From the NCBI GenBank assembly GCA_048886645.1, contig JBHLKN010000002.1, positions 1 through 49,177 of the forward strand: a DNA stretch of 49,177 bases, read 5' to 3'. The stretch comes from Candidatus Hodarchaeota archaeon. GTDB lineage: Archaea; Asgardarchaeota; Wukongarchaeia; Wukongarchaeales; Wukongarchaeaceae. Positions within the stretch are counted from its first letter, which is position 1, and the number at the start of each line of letters is the position of its first letter. Shown one piece after another: positions 27,158 through 36,291 of the stretch. Below the pieces are notes generated by a model. It saw only the letters and a program-made list of their open reading frames with translations, was not told the origin of the DNA and searched no databases. A program made the position numbers and the translations under genes.

Positions 27158-27877
27158 ATGGGGAAGACTTTTATCGATCTTGGGATTTATCTTGGTGGGA
27201 TGGAAAAGGAAGAAGTTGAAAAAGTTGTTATGCATGCTCGTAAACTGGGTTATAAGAAGGTTTGTTTGGTTTTAAAGAGTTTTAAAGGTTTTAATTTTAA
27301 AGTGTTTGAGGGGTTAGGGGTTGAAGTAATACCGCGATTGGAGGTGGGTGGTAGTACTGTTAACGTGGTAAAAAAACAAGCGCTTAAGCGAGGTAATTTA
27401 CGGCGTTCGGCTGTATTTTCTGTTTTCGCGGAGAGTAAAAGAGTGGTTATGTGGGCTGCTCGTAATCGGTGGATTGATATTATTCGTGTGCCTGACTACT
27501 CTTTTAACAAGGTTATTGATTGGTCTGTGGCGAGATTGTTAGCGAGTAATAATAAGGCTTTTGAACTCCAAATAGCCCCTATGCTGAGGGTTAGGGGGGC
27601 AGTTAGGTCTAAATTGTTGAAAAGTTTTCATGTTATAGTTAGACGCTTATTAAGCGCAAAAACTCCTATAGTAGTTAGTAGTGGTGCAAATAATGTTTTT
27701 GAGATGCGAACACCACAAGACATGGCAGCCCTAGCAACATTAGTAGGATTACCTTTAGAAGAGGGCGTGAAAGGCGTGTCTATTACCCCCGAAAACATAG
27801 TTTTAAAAGTCTTTCAAAGAAAAATGCTGGCTGGTATTCCTGAAGGCGTAAAAATTGTTCAAAAAGAGAGGGTCTAG
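27158..27877 (+). CDS. rnp3: RNase P protein component 3 (Rpp30)
   Basis: FIDLGIY start, then AFELQIAPML...IVVSSGANNVFEMRTPQDMAALATLVGLPLEEG, which matches the p30 C-terminal signature. Confidence 0.85.
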   Translation: MGKTFIDLGIYLGGMEKEEVEKVVMHARKLGYKKVCLVLKSFKGFNFKVFEGLGVEVIPRLEVGGSTVNVVKKQALKRGNLRRSAVFSVFAESKRVVMWAARNRWIDIIRVPDYSFNKVIDWSVARLLASNNKAFELQIAPMLRVRGAVRSKLLKSFHVIVRRLLSAKTPIVVSSGANNVFEMRTPQDMAALATLVGLPLEEGVKGVSITPENIVLKVFQRKMLAGIPEGVKIVQKERV

Positions 27878-27901
27878 AACATAAAGGGATTTGAGGTAGA
27901 A

Positions 27902-28267
27902 ATGGTTAAAGTTGTTAGGAACCGTTACTTGGTTTTCAAGGTTTACACGGAAAAAAAACTGGAGTTAGATGGAGAAGATATCAAACAAACGCTTTTCAAC
28001 ACAGCAAGAACACTTTTTGGCGAGGTAAGTATGGTAAAACTTGACCTTCAACTAATAGAATTTAATCCTTCTAACCTCGAAGGCATTCTTAAATGCGGAC
28101 ACAAAACAGTAACGGAAACCAGGGCAGTAATCGCCACAATAACCTCCCTTAAAAAAGAACCAGTAAGTCTCCATGTAAAAGGCGTCTCAGGAACACTAAA
28201 ACGAGCAAGAAAAAAATTCATAGAGAAAAGAGAAAGAGAAAAAAACAACAGAAAGAAGGAAGCTTAA
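27902..28267 (+). CDS. rnp2: RNase P protein component 2 (Pop5)
   Basis: RNRYLVFKV...LFGEVSM...GILKCGHKTVTETRAVIATI...VSGTLKRARKKFI is the Pop5 pattern. The gene is adjacent to Rpp30. Confidence 0.85.
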   Translation: MVKVVRNRYLVFKVYTEKKLELDGEDIKQTLFNTARTLFGEVSMVKLDLQLIEFNPSNLEGILKCGHKTVTETRAVIATITSLKKEPVSLHVKGVSGTLKRARKKFIEKREREKNNRKKEA

Positions 28268-28466
28268 AAAGCTTCAAAAAAAACCCTTATATCCCTCTAT
28301 TAAACAAAGGAAGTGGAGTTTTATAAGTGGAGGATCATTTTGTCGCGAAGTTAGCATCGCCCTTCAAGAAGGGCTTAAACTGGAGCGGCCTTTTCATCTC
28401 CTCCAAAGTAATAATATAATAAAATGATTTTAATTGTTTCGTTTTAGGTTTGTTTGAAGTTTAGTT

Positions 28467-29201
28467 TTAAAAAGTTATAGCAGGGGGAGTTCTTTCCGCT
28501 CTTAAACGTTCTATTTCGAGAAGGATTTCTGTTGCTTGCTTTGCAAAAGGTGTTAGTTCAAAAGTTTGAGCATACCAGTCTGCAGATAAAACCCTCCGCC
28601 ACTCTAACCATCTAAGCATCAACCTTGCTTTTTGAAGGGTAACGTTTAACCGTTGAGCTATCTTTTCAAGAGAGTTTGGATTACTCCCTTCCTCTAAGAT
28701 TACACGTAAGATAGGAAGCATTCTTCTCAAGATGGCAAGAGTTAACACTTTGAGTGCACGTTCTATACCCTCACCTGTGGTTGCGCTTGTACCTATAATG
28801 AAGTAATCTTCTTGGGAGAAACCTGCGAGGTGAGCTGCTTCCTCGGGTGGTAGAGCTGAAGGGATATCTTGTTTGTTTGCTGCGATTATTATTGGCACGT
28901 GAGGTAGCATGTTTTTTATCTCTGAAAACAACGCTTGAGACTCATTTGCGTCGGGTTTTGTAGAGTCTATTAGGAATAAAACACCATCTGCTCCTGTAGA
29001 TAACACTCTTCGAACAATATCGAATCGTTTTAAACCAGGGGTCCCGAAAAGAAAAACAGACATGCTGAAAACTTCTGCGACTGCATAATCTAAAGCGACT
29101 GTGGTTCCTGCACGGTCTATTGATATACTTGATCCTTCACTTACCTTGCTTACAAAGGTTGATTTCCCTGAGTTGAAGGGCCCCATTATCAAGATCTTCA
29201 A
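28467..29201 (-). CDS. COG2229/CvnD-like small GTPase fused to a C-terminal helix-turn-helix-like domain
   Basis: G1 GPFNSGKST, TTVALDY, G3 LFGTPGLKRF, G4 NKQD, G5 SATTGEG. The C-terminal 80 aa read NSLEKIAQRLNVTLQKARLMLRWLEWRRVL. Confidence 0.85.
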   Translation of the reverse strand: MKILIMGPFNSGKSTFVSKVSEGSSISIDRAGTTVALDYAVAEVFSMSVFLFGTPGLKRFDIVRRVLSTGADGVLFLIDSTKPDANESQALFSEIKNMLPHVPIIIAANKQDIPSALPPEEAAHLAGFSQEDYFIIGTSATTGEGIERALKVLTLAILRRMLPILRVILEEGSNPNSLEKIAQRLNVTLQKARLMLRWLEWRRVLSADWYAQTFELTPFAKQATEILLEIERLRAERTPPAITF

Positions 29202-29346
29202 TCCATCATTCTCCTTTTCTTTTTATAGGTCGGTTGGGAAAAAGGATGTATCTATATTAAAATTATCACGATTATTATTAATTTTAACGGAAGTTTCGTA
29301 AGAATTTTTCTTAATTGAAAATAATAAAAGTTGAAATAGTGGTTTT

Positions 29347-32300
29347 TTAAGTTTTTATCGCTATTTTAATGGTTTTATCTTCGATTTTCCAGTTTTTTGC
29401 GTATGTTGTTTCAGTTGGTATTCCTATTTGTATGCTGGTTGAAAGGGTTTCGTTGGCGACATATTTTTCATGTTTTTTTATGGATTTTAAGAGTTCTTGG
29501 TCTTCTGTTTCGTAGAAAAGGCTTATGTTTTGGGTGTATTCTAGGTCTAATTCTTTCCGCATAACTTGTACCCTTCTTACAAACTCAAGTACAAGTCCTT
29601 CTTCTCTGAGTTCTGGAGTTATTTCTGTATTAAGAATAACTAGCAGGCTTCCTATTAATGAGATAACATATGGTGGTTTTTCTTTTTTTTCAGTATCCAA
29701 GTCTCCTCGTGTCAGTTCTAATTCTTCACCGTCTATTTTCAGTTTAGCGCTTCCTTTTTTCTCTATTCTTCTTAGCAACTCTAGGGCGTCTTGTTTCTGT
29801 AAAGTTTTACCTATCTTAGGCATTTTCTCTTTATATTTTGGTCCTAAGCGTTCATAATTTGGCTTTAAGTTTATTTGACAATAGTTTTTATGCTCTTTAG
29901 GATCGATATATCTAACCTCTTTTACGTTTATTTCTTCCAGTAATAGCGCTTCAAAAGGTTTTATTCTCGAAGCTTGCTTCTCTGTACACCCTATTATAAG
30001 CTCTTTTAACGGTTGTCGTATCTTTATCCTTTTACTAGCACGCAAAGATCTTCCCGAACTATTTACACCAATCACCAACCTCATACTTTCCTCAAGATCT
30101 TCATCGATATACTCCTCAACAGGCGTCGGATAATCCGTCATATGCACGCTCAAAGGCACATTCTCCTCAACACGCCTAACAAGGTTTTGATACATGTTTT
30201 CAGTGATAAAGGAGGCGAAAGGTGCAAGAAGCTTTATCAAAGTAACCAAAACTTCATAAAGAGTCCAGAAAGCTGAAAGTTTATCCTCAGTAACCTCTGA
30301 CTTCCAAAATCTTCGCCTAGATCGCCGAACATACCAATTACTCAGATCATCCACAACAAATTCATCAAGAGATCTTGCAGCTTTGTGAACATCGAAGGCA
30401 TCAAGATTGCTTGTAACATCTTTTATAAGAGTGTTTAAACTTGAGACGAGCCACCGGTCAAGAACATCTCTTTTCTCCACAGGTACGTATTGATTTTCCT
30501 TTAATTTTACAGGGTTAAAGTTGTCCACGTTAGCGTTTAAGACAAAGAAATGATACACATTCCAAAATGTTAAAAGGAATCGTTTTAACGCGTCTTCTGA
30601 AGCTTTTAAGTAGAAACGCTTATCCAGCCAAGGTGCATTGGAAGCGAAAAGATACCACCGCATAGCATCCGCTCCTGTGTTGTTTAAAAGGATCCAAGGA
30701 TCAACGACGTTGCCCTTGCTTTTGCTCATCTTAACCCCTTTTTCATCAGTTACGAGGCCGAGGGTTAAAACGGATGTATAGGCTGGCTTGTTAAAAACTA
30801 AAGTAGCTATTGCTAATAGTGTGTAGAACCACCCCCTCGTTTGGTCCACTGCTTCTGTTATAAAACTTGCAGGAAACTGGCTTTCAAAAAGCTCTTTGTT
30901 TTCAAAGGGATAATGGTGTTGAGCAAAAGGAGCAGAACCACTATCATACCAGCAATCGATGAGATAGTTCTCTCTTATCATGTCTCCTCCGCATTTTTGA
31001 CAGTCGACAATTACCTCATCTATCCATGGTTTATGAAGCTCAAAATGATCTGGAAGTTTTTTCGCAGAACTCTTGAGTTCTGCTATACTGCCGAAACAAT
31101 TTTTTTCACCGCATTTTTCACATACCCATATCGGAAGAGGTGTTCCCCAGTATCTTTCCCTTGAAAGGGCCCAGTCCCTTAAATTTTCTAAGAAGTTGCC
31201 AAATCTTCCATGCTTGTAGTATTCTGGAAACCAGTCTATTTGCTCATTGTTGTTAATCAAATCTTCTTTGATTTTACTCATTTTCAAAAACCATGTCTCC
31301 CTCGCTATGTAGAGGAGGGGGGTGTTACACCTCCAGCAGAAAGGATAATCGTGTTTGTAGATTTCGCTTTTGTAGAGGAGGTTCTTTTCTTTAAGCATCT
31401 CTATTATTTTCTTGTCTGTATCTTTTACATACATACCTGCAAGGGATTCAACTTCTTCTACGAAATTGCCTTTTTCGTCTACAAGCTGAAGTACAGGCAA
31501 ATCATATTCTTGAGCTAGTTCATAGTCTTCAGGACCGAAAGCAGGGGCAGTATGCACTATCCCTGTTCCCTCTTCTAACTCGACAAAATCGGCAAGACAT
31601 ACATAGTAGGCACTTTTTTCTAGCTCTTTAAAGGTGAAGAGAGGCTCGTAACTCTTTCCTTCTAACTCTGCACCATAAAGTCTTTGAACAACTTTGTATT
31701 CTTCCTCTATTACTCGGTCTACTAAAGCATCAGCAAGTATGAAACGCTCTCCATCTGATTCAACAACGGCATATAAGAAATCAGGATGTACTGCTAAAGC
31801 AACGTTGCTTATAAGCGTCCAAGGCGTCGTTGTCCACGCCAAAAAGTAGGTATTTTCTTCCCCCTCAATTTTGAACTTTACAAAGATGCTCGGATCCTCA
31901 GTTTCAGCACTACCCAAAGCAACTTCATGACTACTCAGAGAGGTTCCACATCGGGTACACCAAGGCACCACATAGTGGCTCTTTACAAGCAAGTCCTTAT
32001 CCCATGACTGTTTCAAACTCCACCAAACACTTTCTATATACTCATCATCCATCGTTATATACGGGCCACCATGATAACCATCGCCATCCCTCTCCATATC
32101 AAGCCAAAAACCAACTCTTTCCGTCATCTTTTTCCATTCACCCTCATAACGAAGAACGCTTTCCCTACATTTCTCATTAAATTTCTCGATTCCGTAAGCT
32201 TCTATATCCCTTTTAGTCTTTAGATCAAGCTCCTTTTCCACTTCAATTTCTATAGGCAAACCGTGCGTATCCCAGCCCCCTTTTCGTGGTACATAATAGC

Positions 32301-32535
32301 CTTGCATAGTTTTAAACCGTAGAATGATATCCTTGATTACTCGTGTTAGAATGTGTCCTGGGTGGGGTAATCCGTTAGCTGATGGGGGGCCTTCTAAGAA
32401 CACGAAATTACGACCTGAGTTTTTTCTCAAGTCTTGAACTCTTTCGAAAACCTTTTCTTTTTCCCAGAACTTTAAGACGTCTTCTTCTACTTCAGGAAAC
32501 TTTACGTTAGGATTAACTTCTTCAAAAACAGTCAC
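29347..32535 (-). CDS. ileS: Isoleucyl-tRNA synthetase
   Basis: PPSANGLPHPGHILTR (HIGH), KMSKSKGN (KMSKS), a CP1 editing region, Zn-type Cys pairs, 1062 aa. GTG start 9 nt after AAGGAGG. Confidence 0.97.
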   Translation of the reverse strand: MTVFEEVNPNVKFPEVEEDVLKFWEKEKVFERVQDLRKNSGRNFVFLEGPPSANGLPHPGHILTRVIKDIILRFKTMQGYYVPRKGGWDTHGLPIEIEVEKELDLKTKRDIEAYGIEKFNEKCRESVLRYEGEWKKMTERVGFWLDMERDGDGYHGGPYITMDDEYIESVWWSLKQSWDKDLLVKSHYVVPWCTRCGTSLSSHEVALGSAETEDPSIFVKFKIEGEENTYFLAWTTTPWTLISNVALAVHPDFLYAVVESDGERFILADALVDRVIEEEYKVVQRLYGAELEGKSYEPLFTFKELEKSAYYVCLADFVELEEGTGIVHTAPAFGPEDYELAQEYDLPVLQLVDEKGNFVEEVESLAGMYVKDTDKKIIEMLKEKNLLYKSEIYKHDYPFCWRCNTPLLYIARETWFLKMSKIKEDLINNNEQIDWFPEYYKHGRFGNFLENLRDWALSRERYWGTPLPIWVCEKCGEKNCFGSIAELKSSAKKLPDHFELHKPWIDEVIVDCQKCGGDMIRENYLIDCWYDSGSAPFAQHHYPFENKELFESQFPASFITEAVDQTRGWFYTLLAIATLVFNKPAYTSVLTLGLVTDEKGVKMSKSKGNVVDPWILLNNTGADAMRWYLFASNAPWLDKRFYLKASEDALKRFLLTFWNVYHFFVLNANVDNFNPVKLKENQYVPVEKRDVLDRWLVSSLNTLIKDVTSNLDAFDVHKAARSLDEFVVDDLSNWYVRRSRRRFWKSEVTEDKLSAFWTLYEVLVTLIKLLAPFASFITENMYQNLVRRVEENVPLSVHMTDYPTPVEEYIDEDLEESMRLVIGVNSSGRSLRASKRIKIRQPLKELIIGCTEKQASRIKPFEALLLEEINVKEVRYIDPKEHKNYCQINLKPNYERLGPKYKEKMPKIGKTLQKQDALELLRRIEKKGSAKLKIDGEELELTRGDLDTEKKEKPPYVISLIGSLLVILNTEITPELREEGLVLEFVRRVQVMRKELDLEYTQNISLFYETEDQELLKSIKKHEKYVANETLSTSIQIGIPTETTYAKNWKIEDKTIKIAIKT

Positions 32536-32556
32536 TGCAAAAGCCTCCTTGCGGGG

Positions 32557-32641
32557 GGATGGTCTGCCATTTCCATAAAGTAGACTGAGGTCACATTTTC
32601 ATCGCTGAATTTCTAAACCCCTCATTCTCTCCAGACCATCC
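32557..32641 (-). promoter_or_regulatory. 85-nt stem-loop immediately 5' of the ileS Shine-Dalgarno sequence (candidate structured leader or small RNA)
   Basis: Perfect 10-bp inverted repeat GGATGGTCTG (32557-32566) / CAGACCATCC (32632-32641). An inner 5-bp helix pairs TGAGG (32586-32590) with CCTCA (32620-32624). The SD lies at 32545-32549. Confidence 0.4.
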
Positions 32642-32877
32642 TTCTTATTTTGTTTATTAAAATGAGATAAAGTAACTTATTTAAACGGTTTTTAATTTTT
32701 TTCGTTTTATTATTTATATTTTATGTTATTATTTTTTATATGTGTTATTTTTAAAAGGATTTTAAAATATCAAATTGGCGTATTAACAATTGTTTTAAAT
32801 CTTGAAAGATCTACTTATTCCCCGAATCAAATCTTTATCAAGCAACGGTTTTATCGATAAAGGTGGTGTAAGGGTAT

Positions 32878-33504
32878 TTGAGGGGGCATGCATGTAATCA
32901 AGCCTTAAGGAGAAGTATTCGAAAAAGTTCGAGGGATAAAAAAAAGAAAATAATCTATATATGTAAGGCTGAAGGGGTAGAGTGTGGGATTAAATCTTTT
33001 GATTATGCAGAAATTATAAGGTGTCGACTTTGGCGGATTATTAGAGCTTACCAACGTTTAAAAACTAATAAAGATGAGGCTCCTGAGGATTCTGATCATC
33101 TTTTGAAAAAGCTTTTAAAAGAACAAAGAGAAGCAAGGTCTTTCATCAAGCGTCTTTTCCAGACAAATAGTTCCTATTTAGGAAAAAAGAGCCTATGCAC
33201 TGACCTTCCAAAGTGTTGTGGACGTCTCACAAAAGGTCTCCAACCAACCATGAACTTTTTATTAAATTATCCATTACTTTGCTTAGCCTGTGGAAAGTTT
33301 TTAAAACCAGCAAAAAAAGGCGTAAGATCAGCGTCATATGAGGAAAACTATCTAAGAAACGCTAATTCAGAATACTATTCTATTCCTAAAAATTGCGTTT
33401 TTAAAATCAACAACCAAACTTTTGATATATTTCGAGGATGCAACTATAAAGCCAGATCCAGGACCGCTTTAGAAATACTTGTAGAAGCACTAGAAAAAAT
33501 TTAA
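32878..33504 (+). CDS. Hypothetical basic Cys-rich protein (possible zinc ribbons)
   Basis: A 208-codon open frame in AT-rich DNA with no competing ORF on either strand. TTG start 8 nt after AAGGTGGTG. 11 Cys residues, including CLACGKF and KCCGRL. No in-frame ATG occurs before codon 125. Confidence 0.45.
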   Translation: MRGHACNQALRRSIRKSSRDKKKKIIYICKAEGVECGIKSFDYAEIIRCRLWRIIRAYQRLKTNKDEAPEDSDHLLKKLLKEQREARSFIKRLFQTNSSYLGKKSLCTDLPKCCGRLTKGLQPTMNFLLNYPLLCLACGKFLKPAKKGVRSASYEENYLRNANSEYYSIPKNCVFKINNQTFDIFRGCNYKARSRTALEILVEALEKI

Positions 33505-33584
33505 AAATATCAAAAAAACTATCGTGTCCAGTTTTGACGGTTGATGAGCACTCTATCCCGTAAAGCCCTTTTTTTATTTTTAGA

Positions 33585-34103
33585 TTATTGTTTTATTTGA
33601 TATCCTTTATTTTCACGTAGAAACGGGACTAGTCCGCCAGCGTTTAATATTTGGGTCATTATTAGTGGGAGTGGTTTAAAGTGGTACTTTTCATTTTTTG
33701 TCAAAATTTTTATCGTTCCTTTTTCTAGGTTTATCTCGACTTCATCGCCCTCCTCAATTTTTTCAGCAGCTTCTCTACATTCAACTATTGGTAGTCCTAT
33801 ATTTATCGCGTTTCTGTAGAATATTCTGGCAAAACTTTCAGCTATTATCGCGCTTATACCTAACGCTTTAATGACTAGTGGTGCGTGTTCCCTGCTTGAA
33901 CCACACCCGAAATTGGCACCAGCTACTATGACATCGCCATCTTTAGCTTTTTTTGAGAAATCTGGTTCTATGGCTTCAAAAGCATATTTTGCAATCTCTT
34001 TTATGTCTAAGGTGTCATATTTTCGCTTTCCAGCAATTATTATATCGGTGTTTATATCCCGTCCAAATTTCCAAACCTTACCTTTAAAAACTGTTTTTAA
34101 CAA
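33585..34103 (-). CDS. leuD: 3-isopropylmalate (or homoaconitate) dehydratase small subunit
   Basis: GANFGCGSSREHAPLVIKALGISAIIAESFARIFYRNAINIGLP. I cannot separate LeuD from HacB by eye. Confidence 0.85.
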   Translation of the reverse strand: MLKTVFKGKVWKFGRDINTDIIIAGKRKYDTLDIKEIAKYAFEAIEPDFSKKAKDGDVIVAGANFGCGSSREHAPLVIKALGISAIIAESFARIFYRNAINIGLPIVECREAAEKIEEGDEVEINLEKGTIKILTKNEKYHFKPLPLIMTQILNAGGLVPFLRENKGYQIKQ

Positions 34104-34118
34104 AGCTCTAACACCTCT

Positions 34119-35381
34119 TTAATGATAGAGATCTCGAGGATCGGTTATTTTTCCAGTTATAGCTGATGCGGCTGCGGTGGCTGGCGACGAGAGGTATATG
34201 TAAGCTTTTTCATTGCCCATCCTGCCTTTGAAGTTCCTGTTTTGTGTTGAAAGACATACTTCGCCATCTCCGAGAATGCCCAAATGTCGACCTATACAAG
34301 GACCACATCCCGGCGGATTTATGCTCGCTCCTGTCTCAATAAGGGTTGCAGCGATTCCATATTCTATAATTTTTAAGTAAACACGCCATGACGCTGGTTG
34401 CACGAGTAGTCTTGTGCCGTTTGCCACTTTTTTACCTTTAAGTATCTTTGCAGCTATCTCAAAATCTTCAAATCTTCCATTAGTACAGGTTCCGATAAAG
34501 ACTTGGTCTACATCGACTTCTCCAACTTCGCTTACCGGTTTAACGTTATCTACCGTGTGCGGTAACGCGATCATCGGCTCTAATTCTGCAGTGTTTATCT
34601 CTATTTCTTTGGAGAAATAAGCATCTTGATCGGGTTTTAAATTTTTAAAGGATCCTTTTCTTCCGTGTTCTGCCAAAAATCCAATGGTTTTTTCGTCTAC
34701 AGGGCATAGACCAGTTTTTCCTCCTGCTTCAACCGCCATGTTTGAAAGTGTCAACCTTTCACTCATCCCCATATTATTAACAGTTTCACCGAAGAACTCC
34801 ATAGCCATGTAAGTTGCTCCATCCGCCCCTATATCCCCTATAATTTTAAGTATAACGTCTTTTGAAGAAACAGGAGGTTTCAGTTCTCCTTCTACTAAAA
34901 TTTTAAAGGATTCTGGAACCTTTAACCATGTTTTTCCAAAGGCCATAGCACCGGCAATATCTGTGGACCCCATACCGGTAGCAAAAGCGCCTAAGGCCCC
35001 ATGAGTACAAGTGTGACTGTCTGCTCCTAAAACAACGGTCCAAGGCTTTACAAACTCTTCAATGAGCAACTGATGACCTATCCCCCTACCTACTCCTCGA
35101 AAATTACACCCATTTTCCCTGCAATAATTTCTAAGAAAAGCGTGTATGTTACTAATCTTCTCACTGGGACTTGGAGTAGTATGATCCGTTACGATAACCA
35201 CTTTATTTGGATCAAAGAACGTTTCTACTCCCATCCTTCCCATCTCTTCGATTGCCAAAGGAGCCGTGCCATCGTGAGCAAAAACCGTTTCCACATCCAC
35301 GATAATGATATCCCCAGCTTCGACATCCTTTCCCGCCACATGGGACAGAATCTTCTCAGCCATAGTTTTTCCTGCCATCAA
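34119..35381 (-). CDS. leuC: 3-isopropylmalate (or homoaconitate) dehydratase large subunit
   Basis: GADSHTCTHGALGAFATGMGSTD, IGTCTNGR, PGCGPCIG (aconitase-family Fe-S ligands). It lies 15 nt upstream of the small subunit gene. Confidence 0.9.
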   Translation of the reverse strand: MMAGKTMAEKILSHVAGKDVEAGDIIIVDVETVFAHDGTAPLAIEEMGRMGVETFFDPNKVVIVTDHTTPSPSEKISNIHAFLRNYCRENGCNFRGVGRGIGHQLLIEEFVKPWTVVLGADSHTCTHGALGAFATGMGSTDIAGAMAFGKTWLKVPESFKILVEGELKPPVSSKDVILKIIGDIGADGATYMAMEFFGETVNNMGMSERLTLSNMAVEAGGKTGLCPVDEKTIGFLAEHGRKGSFKNLKPDQDAYFSKEIEINTAELEPMIALPHTVDNVKPVSEVGEVDVDQVFIGTCTNGRFEDFEIAAKILKGKKVANGTRLLVQPASWRVYLKIIEYGIAATLIETGASINPPGCGPCIGRHLGILGDGEVCLSTQNRNFKGRMGNEKAYIYLSSPATAAASAITGKITDPRDLYH

Positions 35382-35569
35382 GAAACACCACTCTTAAAAA
35401 CTATAAAACACCACTAAAAGAAGCATATTGAACGAAAATAAAAAATTCTTTGCGCTAATAACGTTTTAAAAGACGCAATAAATAAAACGCATGTGCTTAT
35501 TTTAATCTTACCCTTTGGAATGATCAAAAGCCCAAGCTCTGAGCTTAAAACACCAAAAAACAGCTTTAT

Positions 35570-35947
35570 TTAGTTTCGAAACAGATTTAGCGATGGCCCT
35601 ATCATGCTCATGTGAAAAGCGTCTGCCCGATTTAATTTTAACCCTATCCGTTCAATAATCCCAATAGATCCTTCCTTTATTTTGTTTTCGTGCATCACGC
35701 GAAAAGGAAATCCTATAGTGGTTTCATCCAGGATATTTTCGTCAACTTCTCCCTCATGGACACACCAAAAGGTTTTTGTCTTCGTCCTCAAAGAGAACGG
35801 TTGATCTATAAAATTATCCAAAATAGACTTTTCTGCAGTAAAAACCACTAGGAATTTCTGCTCTATTATCCTTGAAGACGTTACCTTCGTAGTAAAATGT
35901 ACGAATATTTCGTCTTTTTTTACTTTACGTAGTTGAACTCCCATCAT
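35570..35947 (-). CDS. Hypothetical 125-aa protein
   Basis: ORF track only. The composition looks beta-rich. No motif recognised. Confidence 0.5.
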   Translation of the reverse strand: MMGVQLRKVKKDEIFVHFTTKVTSSRIIEQKFLVVFTAEKSILDNFIDQPFSLRTKTKTFWCVHEGEVDENILDETTIGFPFRVMHENKIKEGSIGIIERIGLKLNRADAFHMSMIGPSLNLFRN

Positions 35948-36030
35948 CCTAAATTATAATTACTTTAACAAATATTTAAAAGTTCATTAATTTGATTTTG
36001 TCAATTTATTGTCGGTTTAACGTTTCCTGT

Positions 36031-36291
36031 TTATAAGATATTGTCCATATGGATTAAATCACGCAATTGGTTCCGAATGCTTTCTAACTTCGGGTCAGCC
36101 TCTTTGTCTAGTGTTTTTCGCATCCCGTAAAGTTCTTGAAAAATTGGGAGGACTTCTTTTTCAGAGGTTAAGCCAAGCAATATGGCAGTTTCGATAACAT
36201 AAACAAGATCTACAAAAGCCTTGGAAGATTCTTGTGGCAATGGTTCTGATAAAATTCGTCTTATGGAGGATTTTTGCTCTCTCTCAACCAT
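36031..36291 (-). CDS. Hypothetical 86-aa helical protein
   Basis: ORF track only. Its start overlaps by 31 nt the tail of the aldo/keto reductase reading frame. Confidence 0.4.
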   Translation of the reverse strand: MVEREQKSSIRRILSEPLPQESSKAFVDLVYVIETAILLGLTSEKEVLPIFQELYGMRKTLDKEADPKLESIRNQLRDLIHMDNIL

